A stretch of DNA of 63,167 nt, filler included, from Intoshia linei (lineage: Eukaryota; Animalia; Orthonectida): NCBI GenBank assembly GCA_001642005.1. It is 5 parts of 5 records of this genome, joined end to end, with 100 filler letters (N's around TTAATTAATTAA, not from the genome) between each part and the next. Parts side by side here need not be neighbours in the genome. Positions count along the whole stretch, not along the records: positions 27,762 to 56,199 come from LWCA01000415.1; positions 56,300 to 59,840 come from LWCA01002075.1; positions 59,941 to 61,980 come from LWCA01002430.1; positions 62,081 to 63,167 come from LWCA01002800.1; 1 more part is not named here. One strand, written 5' to 3'. Position 1 is the stretch's first letter; each line of letters starts with the position of its first letter. Position numbers and translations under genes: made by a program. A model generated the notes under the pieces. The model had not been told where the DNA came from, made no database searches, and worked only from the letters and a program-made list of their open reading frames with translations. Shown here one piece after another: positions 50,420-63,167 of this stretch.

Positions 50420-53400
50420 TTGAGATTTTTTAAATAAGTATTCTAAGCTTTGGGATAACTTCCCAACAACTGGCAACTCTGTTGTAAAATAATTTCACTA
50501 GCAACTTACAGTATAATGCACCAGTAAAATTAAATTAAAAAAATTAAATGATATGTAAATTTTATTTTTGAATTTGTTTTTAATTTTTTTTATTAAAAAT
50601 TTTGGAAATTTTTTCAAATGATTTGTTTTTAGTTTTTGAAAATAAAAAGTAGAATATGATATTGAAAATGGCGCAATTTATGATGAATATTATGAAAACT
50701 TTTTATCCAATTTGTTCTTAAATATTAGATTAACATTTACATTGTACATGTAATTTATTACATAAATTGGTTTTTCGAATATAAATGTAAAAAATTTCAG
50801 ACAAAATCAATTTTTTCAAAAATACTAAAGCTTCGCTTCACTTAAATCAATCAGATCGGATAGGGTCAACATGACCCTGGCCTACAATCACGAGGGCATA
50901 TTATTTTAATTTGTCAATAGATAATGTTGAACGTTTTTACTTTTATGATAAGCAATGCGATTTCAAGTCATATTTTTACTTTTTAGATAATAAACGATGA
51001 ATTAAACAATATACAGACGTCTTATTTTTACAAAAATCTATATGGAGCCTAAATGTTTATATCAAGTGGGCCTATTGTTGGTTTTCCACTAATTTCAACC
51101 ATTATGGCCTGCTCTATTTATCATAAATTATTCACAAACTTAAGTAAAATAATTAAATATAAATGTCTGTTTATTTATTTTTCTGTGTGTTCGAGTTTAT
51201 TTAAGAAAATAAAAGGATTCCAGTTTTAAAAATGCCATATTTCTATTACAGTTTTTCGAGAGTGTTGTTTTATCGCTTTCAGAAATCATATGTCATTTTC
51301 AGAAATTGAGTCCTTCAAGGTCAAAAACTCCAATTTTTTTTTTTTAAATTCAAACTAGAATTATTAAAAACACATTCTAATAAAAAGTTTTAAATTGATC
51401 AATATTATGATAATTTATAATTTAAAAATCTTAGACTTTTACAGCCAAAACTCCCAAATTAACCTTTTTTGTAAAAATTCAGAAAGTCCTAGAATTTTAT
51501 ACATTAAATTCTATCCTGGTTTTTATATTCATAAGTATTATCACAAATGGTAACCTCAAAAAAGGTAATTTTCACGGTCAAAACCAGATTACCATTTTTT
51601 TTAAAAATGAAAAATTTTCTAAAATTTTAAAAAAAAGTCAAATTTTACTTAGTCTTAAGAGAAAAATATCCTTTTTCCAATATTTTTGTAAAGTGATGGA
51701 AAATCAAGTGCACCAGCAGTTGGGAAACGCGCATTAAAAGATACTTAAAATTTAACTATAAATTATATGTATAAAAAAATATTCAAAAATATTTCAATAT
51801 TAATGTCTGAAAATTACCCGTACCGTAGTTATCAGTGGGTTCTGAATCACAATTTTCCATACGAATCATACACCTTTTTCTATGCGTAAACTGTACACTG
51901 TACACAGTAAATATATTAATATTACCAAAAATAGAATCGAGTCCATATAGACTAGCAACAACAATACCAAAGGTAATCATGAGTTGATGAACTGTTACCA
52001 AAACACCTCTGATTTTAAATGGCGAAAATTCACTTACATACATGGGAGCTATTTGAGCTCCAATACCTATTATAAATTCATTAGAATTGTTATTTTTCAT
52101 TTTATAAAATAATAATTACTATTATAATAATACAATAAATTCAATTACCACATTGCCAACCCGTTATTAATCTCCCAATAGGTAAAACCCAGTAAGAATT
52201 AGATAGATAAGAAAAATATTGCATGAATCCTCCAATCACTCCAACTATTTGACTTACCATAAAAGTGCGCTTTCTAATGTATAAATTATCGTTATGAAAA
52301 GTAATTGTCTACTAAATCCTGTAATTAAAGATATTTCCTCGTTCTTAGCTCAACGTGCCTGCTGATTCAAGTCAATAAATATTTATTAAAATGTGTTATA
52401 ATTTGACATATCAAAACTATTTCCGATATATGAAATGATTCCGGATATATTGGTTTGACAAAAACTTTACAGACCTATTTTTGATTTTTTGTGGGCCTCG
52501 AACATAATACTCGGCACTGGTTTATGGTTTACTTTTTACTGAGAATTTTAAAATCTTTTTCAATTTATCAAATTGATCTGTTCAATTTTTCCATTGTCAA
52601 ATCTTTAGTCCGTTAAGTGATTTCAAAACTTCAAACTTTAAAGTTTTAAGAAGTCAGTGAATATTTTTTTGTTGAAATAAGATTTCCGAGATAGAAAATT
52701 TAAAAATAGAGAAGCAGCAGATAAAACCTTTATTTTATTGGCTAAATTACAATAAAATATAAATTGGAATAAAAATTGTAAAATTTAATACAAAATAATA
52801 AAAAATCTATTTCATCCAAAAATATATTTTTAAATTGCTTTTTTTTAATTCACGTGGTATCATAGTTACAATATATAGAAATTATTATGGGTACCAAATT
52901 TTATTTTTTTTAGTTTGGGGGTACCAACTGCGAAGTATGTTGAGAACCGCTAATCTAAGGATAAATTTATGCTAACATTTATAATATGGAAATATTTTTA
53001 TAGAGATTTACATTGTTAAATTTTACTCAAGGTGTGTTGAAAATAAAATGAACACCTTGCACTTAGATATAAATTTAAACTTAACACTATAATTTCATTA
53101 TTGCGATGTTTTCATTGTTTAATTATTTTCCATAGAGATTTAAATTATAAAATTATACTCAAGATGTGTTGAAAATAAAATTATTAACATTAAAAAAGGA
53201 TGTAAAAAAGGATTAACAGTTATATTTATTAAAATTCGCGCGTAAATCTTAAATACATAAAATCGTAAATAATTTTCAAAAACGCTTTTAAAACTTTTAG
53301 TTTGATATTTTAAATTAATAGTGTAATAAATTATAATTAATTTAAAACACACACAAACAATAATCGCGTAGCATCTTATATAAGTTAGAATAATAATAAA

Positions 53401-53435
53401 ATGTAATATAGTAAAATAACACAGTACAACAATTT
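50420..53435 (-). pseudogene. Internally deleted tandem duplicate of the GLUT locus
   Basis: 50420-50770 copies 40608-40955 (decayed last exon), 50810-50850 copies 43205-43245, 51895-52430 copies 43912-44450 (two exons), and further intron pieces match 45530, 45905 and 49380. Confidence 0.85.
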
Positions 53436-53609
53436 CTAAACAGATTTTTCTAACATATATTGTTTTCTAGCTGGTATTCTTGTGATTCGAATGATGTGGG
53501 TCACTCTATCAAGTCAGAGTGACGTTTCGAAATATAATAGAAATAAAATACTTTTGGATAGATTTTTGTATAATAGAAGTGGATAGATTGGATTTTTCCT
53601 TTAAAATCC

Positions 53610-54312
53610 AATTTTATAAAGTCCACATTGTAATTACAGTTTTTTCCGAGTGTTCGCAGAGTAAATTGCAACCTCCTAAACTCACATCTTACGAGTAAAA
53701 AACTCCAATTGTCCTTTTTTTTAAAAATCAAGAGTTGGAAAATTTAAAAAAATTATATTTTCAGGGCCAAAATCACAAATTACCCTTTTTTTTTTAATGA
53801 AAACAGCACTAGAGTTTCAAAAAATTTCAATCCAAATAAGTGATGACTTCATGGTCAAAAAAGCATTTTAGTATTCATATATTTTTTTCCAAAATATTTT
53901 ATTAAAACAAATAATGGGAAATAATTAAAGATCCGAAAATTAAAAAAAAAGATAATTCTGATAGAGCTTATTCCAGTTAATATAAATACTTATATAGATA
54001 CTTATATATAGATTTTTCATTGCTACGCAATTTTTGATTCTCAAATTTTCATTTTCAAAACATTTTGTTTAAAATTAAAGTAATACATAGTGTACAACTT
54101 TGTTATTATCATTTTTATATTTATTACAATGTTTTACAATATTGGTAAAATTCATCTGAAATATGTTTCTAAAATACTGATTCCGTTAATTATTGATACA
54201 TAATTGGTATTTTTAATTATTTATTAAATTGGTACTAAATAAATTATCGATTCTGAAATTAAAAATATGTCCCTTGACAGACCTAGCAAGTGTTTGTACG
54301 AAGCCAAGCTAG
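53610..54312 (+). mobile_element. 5'-truncated Helitron family A copy
   Basis: Family body ending TGTTTGTACGAAGCCAAGCTAG^T at 54312. Confidence 0.75.
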
Positions 54313-54602
54313 TTCGTAATAAATCAATTTACTAGAAAAATTATCAATTAATTAGCTACAAATTTGAAATAAAATCCATAAAATAAGGTTCATATCATAA
54401 TTCACGATAAATGCATGACTACAACCTAATTAAATTTTCATTTAAGTTTTAATTAAATGATAAATTTCTTAAAAGTTTCAGTAGTGGTCACTTACCACTT
54501 TAAATTAATGATAAACGATCGTAATAAATATCCTGGAAAAAATAAAGTTTTTCAATAAATATAAAAAAGCAGAAACAACAATCCAATCGTTGAACCTATT
54601 GA

Positions 54603-55590
54603 ATGAAAAATCGTGATAAACGAATTAAAAGTAATAAAAGCAGTATAAACGATAGCCAAAAGGATGTTTTTTTTGAGACATTTGATGAAATTAAAGAAAA
54701 TGAAAATAGAGACAATGAAGATACACTTACGGTTGAACCTTATAGAAATAAGGTAGTTTCAAAAATAATACCTAGTAGGCCAATACTTGTTGATTGTTTT
54801 TTAAACAATGGTTTTATTTTTAAAAACTTATTTTTATTTTTTAATATTCTTAGGAATATTGATAACTACGTACTTTGACGAGGATATCATATTGAAAGAA
54901 TTGAAAATGATTGTTCTCGAAAAAGCAAAAAAAATGCCATTATTTACACAATTATTGGATGTAGATCAGTATTCTTTAAAAAGCATTAATATTCGCTTTA
55001 ATTTTGTTACACCCGTTGATGAAAATGTTACTTTAAAAAGCTTGAATTTGATTTACCCATTTTTTGAATTTAATGCTAAAAAACCTGTCTTAGCTACCTA
55101 TTCAAAATTACAGTTGAGTAATATTTATGTTTTTATAGATTTTAGATTCGAGAGTGTCTTCTGCAATTATACCTGGAGTAAAGTTGTGACTATATTTTAT
55201 AGAGTCTATATTATAAAAATAAAATCATGTCCGAGGGGATATATTGCAAGCTTGGCCTCTTACGTACCTTTACATATATCTCATAAATATTTTAGACATT
55301 TTAATGCATGATGTAAAAGTTGACATGGATACAACCGGTAATACCTTTGAAAATTATTGCTTTATGGCTAAAGCTGCTCGTTCTGGTAAACTGATTCAAG
55401 ATCATATCAATTCATCCAATTACAATATAGTTAAATATTTATACCCTCCACAATATACCCTTAGTACAAAGTTGGCCCCAGAGATAATTGAATCTTTATA
55501 TTCAGGTTATTTAAATTAATTTTACTAATAAAGGATTATGCATCCATATTTGCACTGTTGCGCATTTTTTGGAATATATAAACATGTATA
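54603..55590 (+). CDS. Class I PI3-kinase catalytic subunit p110, N-terminal part (adaptor-binding domain plus linker)
   Basis: Spliced PSRPILVDCFLNN|GILIT...LEKAKKMPLFTQL...LNLIYPFFE and YLYPPQYTLSTKLAPEIIESLYSG match p110 PPRILVECLLPNG...EARKYPL...FQPFL and YVYPP...ELPKHIYNKLDKG. 43-nt intron at 54811-54853. Confidence 0.82.
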
Positions 55591-56299
55591 TATATGTACA
55601 ATTGACTTGTCTGTTTTGTAATATGTAAAAACTGTGTTCTAATGAGTATGTGTATATAGTATATAGTATAGTAAATGAGGCTCATGTTAAATAATATAAC
55701 ATAAAAATGACACTATTGACTATTACCAATCCTTTAAATGAGTGTATTCTGATTGGTAATCCAAAACTAGATTATCTACCTTATAAACGAAAATATAGAT
55801 TTTAATTATTTATTAATCGACATTTAACACAATCGGCTAAACTTTTGATTACTCAAAAATGTGCATGCGGACAGCTCTTTGCCCACTCCTTTTGAAAATA
55901 GAAATATAAAAAATTTAGAATCTAAAACTACAACAACAAAGTATAACATTGTTATTATCATTTTTATATTTATTACTAGCTTGACTGTTATGTACTACGT
56001 ACAAACAGCACCTAGCTCTTCCGAGGCACATTTTTATTATACCAAAAAAATAAATTCATGTTGAAAATCTAACTTAAAAAATCCTACTATTCACTATTAT
56101 CAATCCTTTAATGGAGTGGTTCCCAATTTTGTTGTAGGTTGAACAATTATATCACATTACTTTTTACTTTAAAGTGAATTATTCCATCTTAATTTTTTGN
56201 NNNNNNNNNNNNNNNNNNNNNNNNNNNNNNNNNNNNNNNNNNNTTAATTAATTAANNNNNNNNNNNNNNNNNNNNNNNNNNNNNNNNNNNNNNNNNNNN

Positions 56300-56686
56300 A
56301 AAAATACAATTTATTCCTGACCCATGTGAAATACAACTATATATAGAAAAAAATGATATCAAAAAAATTATGTTAGCTATGGATCAGCTCAAACCTCCTT
56401 CATTGTACAGCCAATTGAGAAATGGCCCTCCAACTTCTAACAGTGTAGAAAGAAATTTTAGCATGCTAAAGACATTACTCACAAAACAAAGGAATTCTTT
56501 ATCTAGTAACGTTAAAAAATATTTAATATTGTACCATAATAAATCTTAATATTTAATTTTTTAAATTATTTTAAAAAAAAAAATTTTAACATGGGTGACC
56601 AAATTGAATTTTTAATGTATTTTTATAGGTTAGAAAAGTTAGAATTTTATTTTGACGATATTATAGGTTAGAAAAAGTTTGCCCTA
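56300..56686 (+). mobile_element. 3' part of a CGGBP1-like hAT element
   Basis: PPTSNSVERNFSMLK...YLILYHNKS* (stop 56549), then the terminus TTTGCCCTA at 56686. Confidence 0.8.
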
Positions 56687-56724
56687 ATTATAATATAAAA
56701 TAATGCATAATAAATTTAATTTAC

Positions 56725-59264
56725 TAAAGCTAAAAGTGCTGCGGCTCCTAAATTTGATTTCGAAGGAACAATATTAGTAGAGGTTTCTTCTACTTGTGGT
56801 TGTTGTAAAATTCTACTACCTAAATTATAAATATTTAACTTTTAAAATACAAATCAAGCATACAAATGTTGATAAATAAGACAAATTAAATTTAGATAAG
56901 TTAAAGTAAAGTAGTTATATTGTACATCAATAACAAGGTAATCGTTTTCTGATTTAAGAAAAGCATATACAATGTGAATTTTGTATATGCTTTTATACAC
57001 ATTGTGTATATTATACATGTAAATAACACCGTCACTATCATCAAAACACCACCACCAATGATACAAGGGCATAAAGTAATACAGCTCTTAATTTATTATA
57101 AAATAAACAAAACAAAACATACGATTTGACTTGAAAATTCTATCAAATATACAGGCTGGTGATAACGAAAATTTAAAGGAAACATCCGCATGGAAATTTT
57201 CCATTATTTTTGTAATATTAATTTCAAAATGGTTGTCTAAATTTATTTTCGGCGGACATTGACTTAAAACAGTTCCATTTTCATCATTTAAAATTTTTAT
57301 GTAGGCATCTAATTAATTTTAATAATAAATTAATAAGTAAAATACCAAAAATATTTTTTCTAATTTGTTCACAAAGTAAATTATATGTTTCGTACCATTG
57401 CATTAAACTGGTATATAGACACTTTTTCACATGAACATCTAATTCCTATAAATAAATTCAAAATATTAATAATAAGGCAGGCACAATTATTATTTTACAC
57501 AAAAAATTTGAAAATTAAAAATTGCGCCTTTATAATGATTTTTTGATTATATTATACATATAATTCATTTCGATACGAGACATTTCACATTATCAATTAT
57601 ACATAAAAAGTAGAAAAAATGATATAAAAACCTTGGCGAACCGTAGACATGGTACATATTATCTATCCCTAGTACACATCAATAGATAACAATAATCGTG
57701 ACCATCAGTACAAATGATATGAAAAAGTTACCTCTCGATAAATTGAAACAAACTCTGAATTACTATGAAAAGGTCGGCTAAATAGTTGAACCATGGAATC
57801 AACTTCTAGCTTCGTCTCGATAATTTTATTTTCCAACTAAAAAGATGAACAATTAGATATAAATATATTACAGTTTTAGAAATAGCTTGATGAATTTCAA
57901 AAATTTCCGTTTCTAAATTTTTTAGCGAATCAATTTCTTGTTCATTTTTTTTAATTTCCACATTTCTGTCTTCCATCAACTTTTTTGCATTTTCCCTAAA
58001 AATTAAAATTTTAACGAATAAAAAAAGTTTTGTAATAAAATACTTTTCTTTTAAAATCATATTCAACCGATTTGTGGTTATCTCCAACAAATCATTCAAC
58101 ATTTGAATAGCATTGTTAGTGTGAGGTGCTACTTTAGTACGGAGGGCCGATCGCGTCATACATTTCTACATTTAGTTACATTTTAAAATTTAAATGATGA
58201 AATAATTATATTAATAAACTATTGTAAAAAACAGTATATACCGAAAATAATTTCAAAAATCTATGAAACTCCTCGGTTCGTTCAATAAAACTATCACTTT
58301 TCACAAAATCCGGAGAAACAGTAAAACTTGACACTGATGTATCAGAAGAATTAATAGATACATTTGGCTTTAAATTTGATAAATATGTACGTAGCATTTC
58401 TCTTGAGGAAATAAAAAATACTCTAGATTTGGCTTCTTCGTCAGAACACGACTCCAACTCTTTTACTAGAAATTCTACATTCCGTTCGACATGTTGCTGT
58501 TTAACCTAGAGACGTGAAATGAAAAAGTTAAAAAGAGATAAAATGTTACTTTTTTCCTTAACTCTAATTCATCGTCAGATGCATCCCACCGATTATTCAA
58601 AATAAATATTAAAGGTTTCGATAAACGCTCGCTCACCTTGTGGAAAAAGTTTTTTTCCTAAATATGAAAAATTGTAAATTATAACAAATTACAGATTTCA
58701 TTAAAGTTGATTCTGAATTCGCAACAAGGACAAACAGATCAGCATCCAAACAATAATTTTCAATGCAAGCGTCATAATCCAAAGATATATCTATTCCTGG
58801 ACTAAATAAATAATGAATAGAAAGACAATTGATGGATTCAATGTACCTATCGATCAAAACAATATCATTTACAAACAGAGGACATTGCGATTTAGGTATA
58901 AAAACTTTCAATATTGAATCAGCGGATATTTTTTCACAGCTCAAAGCAGAAGAAAGTTGATTAATTGACTGTACCATATAATTTAATTATAATTATAAAA
59001 AGTTTTAAGTCATGAATTACAATCATGAATTCAAATAATATTGTAAAATTCTAATCAAAAATACCGTAATATTTTTTTTATTGGTTGAATTTCCTTCAAG
59101 AAAATATGGTTCATTTTCCTCACAGCCCTCAATCTAAATATTATATTATATTGTTTAACTATTACACAACCTGTATAAAACAATTTGTAGTATGACCAAT
59201 TCCAGAAGGCAATATTTTATCCTGTAAAATGGCATTGATAGTGGTGCTTTTCCCATTAGACGTC
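56725..59264 (-). CDS. MFN: Mitofusin (Marf/Fzo), internal exons only
   Basis: [91 protein letters not shown]. Both ends are cut off by gaps. Confidence 0.93.
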
Positions 59265-60603
59265 CTATAAAACATTAAATTTAATATCTAATGTATCCGT
59301 TAAACATTTACATATTTTTATGAAATGAAAAATTTTTTGTAGATTAAAGGGACATAACTTATTGGAATCAGCGCCGTGAATAGCCTGCCATATAGAAATT
59401 GTAGGTCTCCAATATTACTTTTTTTAAAATTGGGACGTTATACATCAGTGGTTTTCAACCGGGGGTTGTGAAAAATTAAAAATTTTATAAATATATTTAT
59501 TTATTTTTTTTATCCTTACTTATATAATATGCTAGGCAATATTTGTTTGTGTGTGTGTTCCACTTTATTTCAATAACTACCAGTCTACCAAATTAGAATT
59601 TTATAAAGTCCACATTTCAATTACAATTTTTTACCGAGTGATAATAAGATAAATTTCAACCTCCCAAACTACATCTTACGGGTCAAAAACCCCAATTGTC
59701 CTTTTTTTGAAAATCAAACAAGTTGGAGAACTTAAAAAAATTATATCTTCAGGGCCAAAACCACAAATTACCCTTTTTTATAAAAACTAGAATTTAAAAA
59801 AATTTACAGGTGGTACAGTTGTATCCTGTTAACACACACANNNNNNNNNNNNNNNNNNNNNNNNNNNNNNNNNNNNNNNNNNNNTTAATTAATTAANNNN
59901 NNNNNNNNNNNNNNNNNNNNNNNNNNNNNNNNNNNNNNNNTGAAATGATAAAACCAATAGAAAAATAATAAAATTTATCATGCACATTTTTATTTCACAG
60001 TTTCTAGTATATTATGTACTCAGTAGTACATTACAATGATTTAGCCAACATTTTAATAAATTTTAAAGTTAATGTATAATAATGTCCACCATATTCATGA
60101 GTAAACAAATTTGACAGGTGATAATATAATGTGTGTAAAATAAACATAAACGATAAATGAATTTTAAATATACTTTAGTTTTTGAATACTCAGATGAAAG
60201 TAATTGCTATTATTATTTAGAAAGGTTCTAATATGCACTTCGTTTCAGAATTTTATTTCACATATCTAAAATATTGTTAGTTTCTTTCATGGATAGAGGA
60301 CCAACATTTTCAATGTGGGCCCCTAAAGTTGTTTATTAAATTTAACTCAAACTCAATTTAATGGTGTACAATATGGATGAATAATTATGCATAATATAAT
60401 ATTTTTTAACGCCTTTTAAAAGTGAAAACAAGCTATAACTCAGTGATTGCAAAGTACGTGTTTGCGTGTAAAAAATACACACTTGACATTTTTTTTACAC
60501 TTGAAAAAATATTACTAAAATAAGTGAGATCAGAAATTGAAGTAATAGAACGAAATATATTACAAAATCATTTGAAGATGGTACCTACTTTGACTAATCA
60601 AAT

Positions 60604-60831
60604 ATGTTATTAAAAGTTTGGAATTGTATGCCCGAAACAATTAATAGTATGAAATGTCTTGCTAAAGTTATAACTATATTTTCATCTACATATTCTTGTG
60701 AATCGTTATTTTCCACATTGAATAATATCAAAAATCATAACAGGAATAGACTTCACGATGAAACTAGTTTGGCTTGTATAGCGTTAAAATCAACCAGTTA
60801 TGAACCTCCAATTGAAAAACTTGCAGCTTAA
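60604..60831 (+). pseudogene. SPIN/Charlie (GTF2IRD2/EPM2AIP1-like) hAT transposase C-terminal relic
   Basis: IFSSTYSCESLFSTLNNIKNHNRNRLHDE...YEPPIEKL. Confidence 0.8.
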
Positions 60832-61074
60832 TTTTTTAAATCTAAATATTAGATTACAATTAAACTTGCTGATTCAACTCTTCAATGTTACTAGGATTAT
60901 GATTATAATTTCACATCTACCCACAAACCTAAATCTACCCTATAAAATAACCTTAAATCTAATATACCACAATAAATAAACGCAATATTTATTAGATTAA
61001 ATATAATTTAAATTATATAACAATTTTAATAGAGAAGAATGGGATCAATAAATTATTGAAATGTTTAAAATTTC

Positions 61075-61980
61075 CTATTTTTGGCTAAAAATAAATATAA
61101 ATTGATGAAAAAAAATACCCTGTAATAATATTATTTAATTCAACATTGGCTGTTAAAGATTTGTATTTTTGACCTAAAAATGCTGGATTTTGGGTTGATT
61201 TGTAAACAGGTTGGATCAAATACTTAATTCGCTAAATAATTAATTAATCAATAAATGAAAATTTTTACTTCTTTAAAGGTTCCTTTGGATCTTAATATTT
61301 TGATTATCATAACGATCGGTATCATTATGACTGAAAGCGAAGCAAGGGACCATCCCATAATAATTGACCATAATGGGTATGGTCGGCCAGCATATGTAAG
61401 ATTTTTGTATCCTACCATGCACATAACAAAAAGAGTCTAAATATATAATAAATTTATTTTTGTAAAGTTGATACCCCTGAAAATATTGGAGTGAGGAAGA
61501 CATATGAAGATTTCATATAGAAAATAATGGTTTGGGACATGCATCCTTTGCTCATTCCAATCATTTCACGTATATTATTAAAGTATCTGTCGATTCCATA
61601 AACGGAGATGGCTAAAACTTCAAATAAGGCTATGAGCACAATGATTCGACTTCCAGAATAGTAATCGAGTAATTGAAATATGTACATACCACCCTAAACG
61701 TAATATGATGCATGAATAAAAAGACAAACCTCCGTCATCATGGGCAAACCACAAATGAATAAAATTAAACAGACGACACCTGTTACAAGTGTACGTCGAT
61801 ATCCCCTCATATTAAAGAATTTGGAATCATCAATAGCTGTAATCAAACCTTCAACGCCGACAAACTAAACAAATGTAATGAAACTAAACATTACACGACA
61901 AACCTGACTGTCCAAGCCGAGCAACAACATCATAAAGAAAAATAAACCGGACCATATATTGGGATAAGGTAAATTCAAAA
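61075..61980 (-). CDS. SLC6 sodium:neurotransmitter symporter (GABA/taurine/creatine-like), 3' exons
   Basis: WSGLFFFMMLLLGLDSQ|FVGVEG, GGMYIFQLLDYYSGS, VYGIDRY, YPLWSIIMGW. Short introns; 5' part lies beyond the gap. Confidence 0.92.
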
Positions 61981-63167
61981 NNNNNNNNNNNNNNNNNNNN
62001 NNNNNNNNNNNNNNNNNNNNNNNNTTAATTAATTAANNNNNNNNNNNNNNNNNNNNNNNNNNNNNNNNNNNNNNNNNNNNAGAATGTGTATATAATCTTA
62101 AAAATAAAGTAAAAACAGTACAATCGATTGTATTTAGTTTTACTAGGGGGCGCTATCATTTGAATATTTTATACAGGGGTATTGGAGAATAAAAAGTTGG
62201 GAAACACTGTTGTAATCAATCAAATTCAACAGCCAAAATGACTTGGGCGTGATAAACTAATACGTATCCCAAATTTTCAAACATTTATTGCTTTTTGTTA
62301 GTAAACCATCGCAAATCACAATTTGGCCACCTCTGATTTATATCAAATTTTTGATTTTTTAAATGATTTGGTACAAAAATTTCACATCATCAATATCCTT
62401 ACTAATACAATATGCTTTGTTTGTCTGTTTGTCAATAACTACCAGTCTTAAAATTTTATAAACTACATTAGTCCACATTTCAATTACAGTTTTTTCCGGG
62501 GTGTTAGCAAAATAAATTTCAACCTCCCAAACTCACATCTTACGGGTCAAAAAGCCCAATTGTCCTTTTTTTTAAATCAAACGAGTTCAATAATTTAAAA
62601 AAATGTACACTCTGATACGGATTTTAAAATCATAAATTTAAAAATTGCTAATAAAAATTTAAATGTAATTTATGTCAATATTTATGTTTCACATTCTAAA
62701 ATTACTGATAAACACTGAATTTGTGTTTATTTTCATGTTCACGTTGCTACTTATTTAAGGTGTTATGAACCATGTTAATGTTAATAAAACTAAATTTAAT
62801 AATGTTTAATAAAACGTTCGAACATTACACACCCCTAACATATACCCACCTTTCCGAGTAAACATACAAAGTTTTGTAAAACAAGGTATCGTTTATCATG
62901 TTAACCCATTACCCACAGTAATAATTTACCTGAACACATTAAAAAGTTTAATTATATCGATTCAAATGTTACAAATGTAACAACTTATTTACAAATTGCG
63001 AATTTTGCGATAATAAAGTAATTTTTCTTGATAAAACGGATCAACCATGGTGGTATAATTTTGTAGTTCGAAAAAATTCTAAATTTAAAATTTAAAATTT
63101 TAAATAAATTTGACAGCTGTTGCCACCCCGGTTCATAGGATTAAACATACTGAATATCGCTGAAATG

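Noticed and set aside
50862-50880. GGGTCA-aca-TGACCC resembling a nuclear-receptor IR3 site
   Set aside because: It lies in a pseudogene intron at a repeat junction, and the motif is common in DNA transposon ends.

Overview
Very AT-rich eukaryotic (animal-like) genomic DNA from a compact genome. Intron sizes are bimodal: many 34-43 nt micro-introns plus a few kb-scale introns filled with transposons. The style resembles a reduced invertebrate parasite such as the orthonectid Intoshia, but that is an inference. Four artificial 100-nt gaps carry a TTAATTAATTAA six-frame-stop spacer. Genes reconstructed by hand: furry (FRY; one 7.7-kb exon plus small C-terminal exons), SERP1/RAMP4, PTRHD1, TOM22, an unknown 61-aa spliced microprotein, a cationic amino-acid transporter (SLC7A1-4 type), methylmalonyl-CoA epimerase (MCEE), a GLUT/SLC2A transporter with a deleted tandem pseudocopy, the 5' part of a class I PI3K p110, the middle of mitofusin, and the 3' part of an SLC6 transporter. 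Mobile DNA includes an abundant non-autonomous Helitron family, a full-length dead Tc3-like element, CGGBP1-like and Charlie/SPIN-like hAT relics, a Tigger relic and many MITEs, several of them nested. The most unusual signals are the MCEE 5' end (no canonical start unless a 38-nt GA-AG intron, a non-AUG start or trans-splicing is used), a structured ATG|GT element upstream of furry, the ultra-compact SERP1-PTRHD1-TOM22-microprotein cluster and the 5'-intronless furry gene. No prokaryotic-type system (CRISPR etc.) was seen.
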